NCBI GenBank assembly: GCA_964611515.1
Contig: CAZTAH010000002.1
Location: 14,390-53,495 of the forward strand
Length of the DNA stretch: 39,106 nucleotides
Reading direction: 5' to 3'
Origin: an uncultured Candidatus Saccharibacteria bacterium
GTDB taxonomy: Bacteria; Patescibacteriota; Minisyncoccia; Phycocordibacterales; UBA9973
Shown: positions 34,342-39,106 of the stretch, piece by piece
How positions within the stretch are numbered: position 1 is the first letter of the stretch
Layout: the number at the start of each line of letters is the position of its first letter
Made by a program: the position numbers and the translations under genes
The notes under the pieces: generated by a model
Told to the model about the DNA's origin: nothing
What the model saw: the letters and a program-made list of their open reading frames with translations, nothing else
Database searches by the model: none

Positions 34342-35754
34342 ATGGATAAGACTTTTTATACAACCATAGGATTAGAAATACATGCGGAATTAAACACCAA
34401 ATCAAAGATGTTCTGTGGTTGTGCCAATGATTCTGATGAACAAGAGCCAAATGTTAATATCTGCCATGTTTGCACAGCGCAACCTGGTTCTTTGCCTGTT
34501 GCCAATAAAGAAGCCATTAAAAAAGTGATGTTGGTTGGCCTAGCAGTTAATGGAGAAATAGCGAATTTTACAGAGTTTGACAGAAAAAATTATTTTTACC
34601 CAGATATTCCTAAGGCCTATCAAATATCCCAGGACAAACATCCTATCGTTAGGGGAGGAGAATTAAATGGAGTAAAGATAACTAGAATACATCTAGAAGA
34701 AGATACTGCCACATCTAAGCACGATAGAGGGGACTATTCTCTTATTGATTTTAATAGGTCAGGAGTTCCTTTGATGGAATTAGTAACAGAACCAGTAATT
34801 CATACCCCCAAAGAAGCAAGTGATTTTGGGAGGGAGCTACAATTGCTTTTAAGATACTTGGGAGTATCTGAAGCAAATATGGAAAAAGGGCAAATGAGAA
34901 TAGAGCTGAACATCTCCGTTTCTGATAGTTTAGACAAATTAGGAACCAAAGTAGAAGTTAAAAACATTAACTCCTTTAGGTCTGTAGAGAGAGCCGCATT
35001 GTATGAAAGGGAGAGAATGGTTTCTCTTCTGGAGAAAGGCGAGGGAAATAAAATTATTCAAGAAACCCGAGGATGGGATGAAACCAAGCAACAAACTTTT
35101 TCCCAAAGAGAAAAAGTGGATTCAAAAGATTACCGTTACTTCCCTGATCCTGATTTACCAAAAATATTCTTAAGTGAAATTTTTAATCTAAATGACCTGA
35201 GAAAAGAAATACCTGAACTACCAAAAGAAAAAAGAATCAGGTATAAAAATGAATATGGAATTAAGGATGAAGACACAGAAACTTATATTTCTGATTTTGA
35301 TCTAAATGCTTATTTCGAAAAAATTGCCCTGAGTCTAAAAGACAAAGAAAAAATCAAAATAGCTTCTAATTATATTACATCTGATTACTTGGGGCTGAAG
35401 AAAGTTAACCCAGAAACAAATCTTCCAGATCCTAAAAACTTTGAAGAGCTAATTAATATGATAGTTGATAATGAAATTTCCTCTAGGTCAGCTAAAGACA
35501 TCCTGGCTATCATAGTTAAAAAAGATGAATCTCCTAGAAAAATAGCAGAAGAAAACAATATGATACAAAAAAACAATGAGGGAGAAATAAAGGACTTAGT
35601 AGTGGAAGTGATAAATAAAAACCCAAAAATAGTAGAAACATATAAAAACGGAAAGGAAAATGCAATAATGTCTTTAGTTGGACAAGTGATGAAAGAAAGC
35701 AAAGGAAGCGCTAATCCTCAATTAACTTTAAAATTATTAAAAGAGTTAATTTAG
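34342..35754 (+). CDS. gatB: Asp/Glu-tRNA(Asn/Gln) amidotransferase subunit B
   Basis: TIGLEIHAELNT.SKMFCGC, GSLPV.N, KNYFYPD.PK.YQISQ, IHLEEDT..., and a YqeY-like C-terminal tail. ATG at 34342 is preferred over the TTG at 34282. Confidence 0.93.
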   Translation: MDKTFYTTIGLEIHAELNTKSKMFCGCANDSDEQEPNVNICHVCTAQPGSLPVANKEAIKKVMLVGLAVNGEIANFTEFDRKNYFYPDIPKAYQISQDKHPIVRGGELNGVKITRIHLEEDTATSKHDRGDYSLIDFNRSGVPLMELVTEPVIHTPKEASDFGRELQLLLRYLGVSEANMEKGQMRIELNISVSDSLDKLGTKVEVKNINSFRSVERAALYERERMVSLLEKGEGNKIIQETRGWDETKQQTFSQREKVDSKDYRYFPDPDLPKIFLSEIFNLNDLRKEIPELPKEKRIRYKNEYGIKDEDTETYISDFDLNAYFEKIALSLKDKEKIKIASNYITSDYLGLKKVNPETNLPDPKNFEELINMIVDNEISSRSAKDILAIIVKKDESPRKIAEENNMIQKNNEGEIKDLVVEVINKNPKIVETYKNGKENAIMSLVGQVMKESKGSANPQLTLKLLKELI

Positions 35755-35760
35755 CTTTTT

Positions 35761-35793
35761 GGTCACTGGAGTTATCCAACCACTCCAGTGACC
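35761..35793. other. Perfect 12-bp stem hairpin GGTCACTGGAGT-N9-ACTCCAGTGACC after gatB, without a 3' U-tract
   Basis: Exact inverted repeat, flanked by TTTTT on the 5' side and AAAGGG on the 3' side, i.e. reversed relative to a canonical terminator. Confidence 0.5.
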
Positions 35794-35824
35794 AAAGGGC
35801 TTAATTTTACTTAGTTTAAAGTAA

Positions 35825-35833
35825 TGCTATAAT
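35825..35833 (+). promoter_or_regulatory. Extended -10 (TGcTATAAT) 9 nt upstream of the gap ATG
   Basis: Read directly at 35825..35833. Confidence 0.5.
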
Positions 35834-35842
35834 ATAAGTACT

Positions 35843-36874
35843 ATGAATACAAATAAAAAAATTAGAGTGGCTATTAATGGCCTTGGTCGTATTGGTCGTG
35901 CTTTCTTGAAAATTGCTTGGGAAAGAGATGACATAGAAGTAGTGGTAGCCAATGATTTAGGCACAATAGAAAGCCTAGCTTATCTTTTAAAATATGACAC
36001 TGTTTATGGAAAATGGAAATATGATATCCGCACAGAGGAAAATAATTTTATAATTGATGATAAGAAATTACAATTTATTTCTGAAAAAGACCCAAGCCTG
36101 TTGCCTTGGAAAAAATTAGATATTGATGTAGTAATTGAGTCTACGGGAGTTTTTAATTCTTTTGACAAAGCCAAAGCTCACTTAGATAGCGGAGCTAAAA
36201 AAGTAGTATTATCTGCTCCAGCCAAAGGGGAAAGCGAGACAAAAGGGGAAACCATATTGCTTGGAATTAATGAAGAAGAACTTGGGATTACAGACATAAC
36301 TTCAAATGCTTCGTGTACAACCAATGCTGTAAGCCCTTTAATTGCTGTGCTTAATGAATCATTGGGGATAGATAAAGCTATATTGAATACTGTTCATGGT
36401 TACACCTCTTCTCAAGCCATAGTAGATGGACCCAGCAAGAAAGACCTGAGAGAGGGGAGGGCAGCTGCTCAGAACATAATTCCTTCTTCTACCGGAGCTG
36501 CTTTCGCCTTAGCTAAAGCTATGCCTGAATTTGATAATTCATTTGATGGAATATCCTTAAGAGTTCCTGTTGTTTGTGGTTCTGTTGTAGACTTAACCTT
36601 TATTTCAAAAAAAGAAACAACAAAAGAAGAGGTTAATAAAATATTAGAAAAGGCCAGCAAAGAAGATAGGTGGAAAAATTTACTTAAAGCTACTTATGAA
36701 CCATTAGTTTCTTCTGATATCCTAGGAGACAGTCATGCTTGTATTGCAGACTTAGAAATGACAAGAGTGGTTGGAGGAAGTTTAGTTAAGGTTTTGGGTT
36801 GGTATGATAATGAAATGGGGTATGCTTATACATTACTAGACCATGCTTTAAAAACAGCTAAGACTATTAAATAA
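35843..36874 (+). CDS. gap: Type I glyceraldehyde-3-phosphate dehydrogenase
   Basis: INGLGRIGR Rossmann motif, active site SNASCTTN, WYDNEMGY. Confidence 0.95.
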   Translation: MNTNKKIRVAINGLGRIGRAFLKIAWERDDIEVVVANDLGTIESLAYLLKYDTVYGKWKYDIRTEENNFIIDDKKLQFISEKDPSLLPWKKLDIDVVIESTGVFNSFDKAKAHLDSGAKKVVLSAPAKGESETKGETILLGINEEELGITDITSNASCTTNAVSPLIAVLNESLGIDKAILNTVHGYTSSQAIVDGPSKKDLREGRAAAQNIIPSSTGAAFALAKAMPEFDNSFDGISLRVPVVCGSVVDLTFISKKETTKEEVNKILEKASKEDRWKNLLKATYEPLVSSDILGDSHACIADLEMTRVVGGSLVKVLGWYDNEMGYAYTLLDHALKTAKTIK

Positions 36875-37323
36875 TGAAAATATTTATAGGAACAGATCAT
36901 GCTGGGTATAGTCTTAAAGAAACTCTAAAGGATTTCTTAGAAAAATTAGGATATCAGGTAGAAGACAAGGGTGCATTTGAGTTAAATGAAGCAGATGACT
37001 ATCCTGACTTTATAATTCCTGTGGCAGAAGCTGTTTCTCTTGATCCTAGGAGTCTGGGAATAGTCATAGGGGGTAGTGGACAAGGAGAAGCAATGACTGC
37101 TAATAAAATAAGAGGAATTCGTTCCGCTGTCTATTACGGAGGAAACTTAGAATTAGTTAAACTTTCCAGAGAGCATAATTCTGCCAACATTCTATCCTTA
37201 GGAGCTCGTTTTGTAACTGAAGAAGAAGCAAAAAAAGCTGTAGAGATATTTACCAAAACTCCTTTCTCTAAAGAAGAAAGGCACATTAGAAGATTAGATA
37301 AAATAGAAGACATATTAAGATGA
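36874..37323 (+). CDS. rpiB: Ribose-5-phosphate isomerase B (RpiB/LacAB family)
   Basis: MKIFIGTDHAGY.LKE, GIVIGGSGQGEAMTANK, NILSLGARF. Confidence 0.9.
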   Translation: MKIFIGTDHAGYSLKETLKDFLEKLGYQVEDKGAFELNEADDYPDFIIPVAEAVSLDPRSLGIVIGGSGQGEAMTANKIRGIRSAVYYGGNLELVKLSREHNSANILSLGARFVTEEEAKKAVEIFTKTPFSKEERHIRRLDKIEDILR

Positions 37324-38018
37324 TAGAAGTTGTTCCTGCTATTCTAGTTAATAACTACAAAGAGCTTAAGGATAAAATTAAGAGATTTGTTGGTATTTCT
37401 GACATGGTTCAAATAGATGTTTGCGATGGTTCTTTTGTGCCGTCTATTTCTTGGCCCTTAAATGAAGAAGGCCAAAATGATACATTTCCTATTTTAGAGG
37501 AAAAAGAGGGACTGCCGTTTTGGGATAGATTAAATTTTGAATTTGATTTAATGATAGAGAAAAGTTATGAGTGTTTTGATTTTTTTGTAAAACTAGGAGC
37601 TAAAAGAATAATTTTTCACATTAGAGAAAACGAAATAGAAAACCTGAGAGACAGCATAGAAGGAATTGATGAATTTTTTAGAGAAAATATAGAGATTGGA
37701 ATAGCTATTGGATCTAACTTAAGTTTAGAAAAAATAAAGCCATTAATAAATGTGGTGGATTTTATTCAGTGTATGGGAATAAATAAAATAGGATACCAGG
37801 GTCAACCATTTAATGAGGAAATACTAAAAACTATTAGAGAATTAAAAAAATTATACCCAGAAATAACCCTAAGTGTGGATGGAGGAGTCAACGAAGAATC
37901 TGCTCCTCTTTTGGTGGAAGCAGGGGTCAGTAGATTAGTCATTGGGTCTGCATTAGACAGAACATCTAACCTTCATTCTAAAATTAAAGAATTTGAGAAT
38001 ATAAGAACTAGAAATTAA
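37320..38018 (+). CDS. Ribulose-phosphate 3-epimerase-like TIM-barrel protein, divergent (both canonical His metal ligands substituted)
   Basis: VPAIL, QIDVCDGSFVPS (vs H.DVMDG.FVPN), FDLM (vs D.HLM), GYQGQPF, SVDGGVN, VIGSAL. ATGA overlap with rpiB. Confidence 0.65.
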   Translation: MIEVVPAILVNNYKELKDKIKRFVGISDMVQIDVCDGSFVPSISWPLNEEGQNDTFPILEEKEGLPFWDRLNFEFDLMIEKSYECFDFFVKLGAKRIIFHIRENEIENLRDSIEGIDEFFRENIEIGIAIGSNLSLEKIKPLINVVDFIQCMGINKIGYQGQPFNEEILKTIRELKKLYPEITLSVDGGVNEESAPLLVEAGVSRLVIGSALDRTSNLHSKIKEFENIRTRN

Positions 38019-38946
38019 TAATTGTTTCCATTAAGACAAAAACAATCCAAAACAATATTAATAAATAAGCCTCTCCTCTGCTTAACTCTCTTCCTGATTT
38101 CATTAAATAATAAAGCATGAAAGCAGCAGTAAACATAAATATACCAGCTATGTATATAATTTTAATAGGAAATTGAAATGGACTTATTACTGCTATTAAG
38201 CCAAGTAGAATTGTGGCATTAGCCAGAACTGTTCCGAGTAGATCTCCTATGGCCAAGGAATCTTGATTGTTTTTTACAGCTGATATACTGAACAATAACT
38301 CTGGAATAACAGCCCCAGTCCCAACAAATAATAAACCTATAATAGCTGTGCTTACTGAGAAATATTCTGCTATTTTAATCCCAGATTCTATTACAAAATG
38401 AGAACCGAGTAATAATACCCCTAGGCTTACAATAAAAAGCAGAGCATCTTTTGCTATTCTTTTATTTATTTTTAATGGATTTTTTCTCTTTCCAGCTTCT
38501 TTTGATTTGTGAAAAGATAAATAGTAGAATATTATTCCTATTATTATTAAACATAATCCCTCTCCTCTGTTATAGGACCCATCTAGTCCTAACGCTATTG
38601 GTATTAATAAAAAGAAAGGATAGATAGCGTTGTTTTTTAATATCTTGCTTTCAACTTTTAGACTTCTTCTTGAGACTAATACTATGATTGCAAAAACTAA
38701 AGTAAGGTTAGCTATGTTAGCTCCAAAAATAGTAGCTAGCCCCATAGACGGGACCCCAGATAAAGCAGTTTTGATTCCAATAAAGGCCTCTGGAATAGCT
38801 GATATTATGGCTACAATTAAAAAACCCACAATATAATTAGACAAATTAAGGTGGCGGGCTATTTTTCCTGAAAACTTAGTTGACAATGTTGCCCCCTGAA
38901 TAATCAGAAAGACTGAAATTAAAAAAATCAAAATATGTAATAACAT
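38008..38946 (-). CDS. CaCA-family sodium/calcium exchanger membrane protein (YrbG-like)
   Basis: Two alpha-repeat-like segments (VGFLIVAIISAIPEAF and GTGAVIPELLFSISA), about 10 TM helices, central hydrophilic loop. Reverse-strand TATAAT (38955..38960) lies 8 nt from the ATG. Confidence 0.8.
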   Translation of the reverse strand: MLLHILIFLISVFLIIQGATLSTKFSGKIARHLNLSNYIVGFLIVAIISAIPEAFIGIKTALSGVPSMGLATIFGANIANLTLVFAIIVLVSRRSLKVESKILKNNAIYPFFLLIPIALGLDGSYNRGEGLCLIIIGIIFYYLSFHKSKEAGKRKNPLKINKRIAKDALLFIVSLGVLLLGSHFVIESGIKIAEYFSVSTAIIGLLFVGTGAVIPELLFSISAVKNNQDSLAIGDLLGTVLANATILLGLIAVISPFQFPIKIIYIAGIFMFTAAFMLYYLMKSGRELSRGEAYLLILFWIVFVLMETIINF

Positions 38947-39031
38947 ATGGGTAGATTATACTATAAAATATATAAATTATATAGATTTTTCTTAATATTT
39001 TTGTTGAAATAAAAGTGATGAAGAAAATTGA

Positions 39032-39106
39032 TTAAAATAATATAGAAGAGACTAAAATAATAGCCAAAAACATAAGGACATCAGTAATAGAAATGCTCCA
39101 CCTTGC
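39032..39106 (-). CDS. 3' fragment of an unidentified gene running off the window end (hydrophobic C-terminus)
   Basis: Hand translation of the reverse strand gives ...ARWSISITDVLMFLAIILVSSILF*. Too short to classify. Confidence 0.2.
   Translation of the reverse strand, partial: ARWSISITDVLMFLAIILVSSILF

Noticed and set aside
1-39106. CRISPR arrays, tandem repeat arrays, DGR template/variable repeat pairs, and toxin-antitoxin or defence gene cassettes.
   Set aside because: No regularly spaced direct repeats were seen. No reverse transcriptase, nuclease, ATPase or defence-type ORFs are present. All sizeable ORFs are accounted for by housekeeping or membrane proteins.

Overview
AT-rich (about one-third G+C by eye), very gene-dense bacterial window read in the standard code. 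TGA is a genuine stop, e.g. at the ends of mltG and mnmA. Small proteins, domain-trimmed aminoacyl-tRNA synthetases, near-absence of Shine-Dalgarno motifs and several lineage-specific membrane proteins suggest a reduced-genome CPR/Patescibacteria-type organism (inference). Content is mostly housekeeping. (1) An orphan sigma-region-4/HARE-HTH protein, an unknown membrane protein, mltG, mnmA and a short alaS. (2) An actin-fold FtsA/PilM-like gene plus a membrane partner. (3) infA-rpmJ-rpsM-rpsK-rpsD-rpoA-rplQ-rplM-rpsI; rpmJ is absent from the ORF track and was found by hand. (4) grpE, a divergent PaaX-like regulator, and dnaK-dnaJ. (5) cysS with a truncated CorA-like gene, then rplU, recR and dnaB. 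(6) A long co-directional block: trpS, a small membrane ORF, aspS, scpA, scpB, mraY, ftsW, murG, gltX and an M23 peptidase. (7) tRNA-Leu(UAA), a 406-nt non-coding gap, gatB, gap-rpiB-rpe-like and a CaCA exchanger. I see no CRISPR array, transposase, integrase, phage or recognisable defence genes. The most interesting signals are regulatory and non-coding. First, a perfect 14+14 bp palindrome lies across the divergent promoters of the PaaX-like gene and dnaK; this is a candidate HrcA/CIRCE-independent chaperone switch. Second, a two-copy GC-rich REP-like palindromic element sits in inverted orientation at 1..40 and 33981..34022. Third, a GC-rich structured island lies in the largest intergenic gap. 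Fourth, a -10 box recurs 6-10 nt upstream of the ATG of operon-leading genes, implying leaderless mRNAs. Fifth, several enzymes are domain-reduced or active-site-altered: AlaRS, AspRS, the Rpe-like protein and the CorA-like protein. All family calls come from motif recognition by eye; no searches were run.
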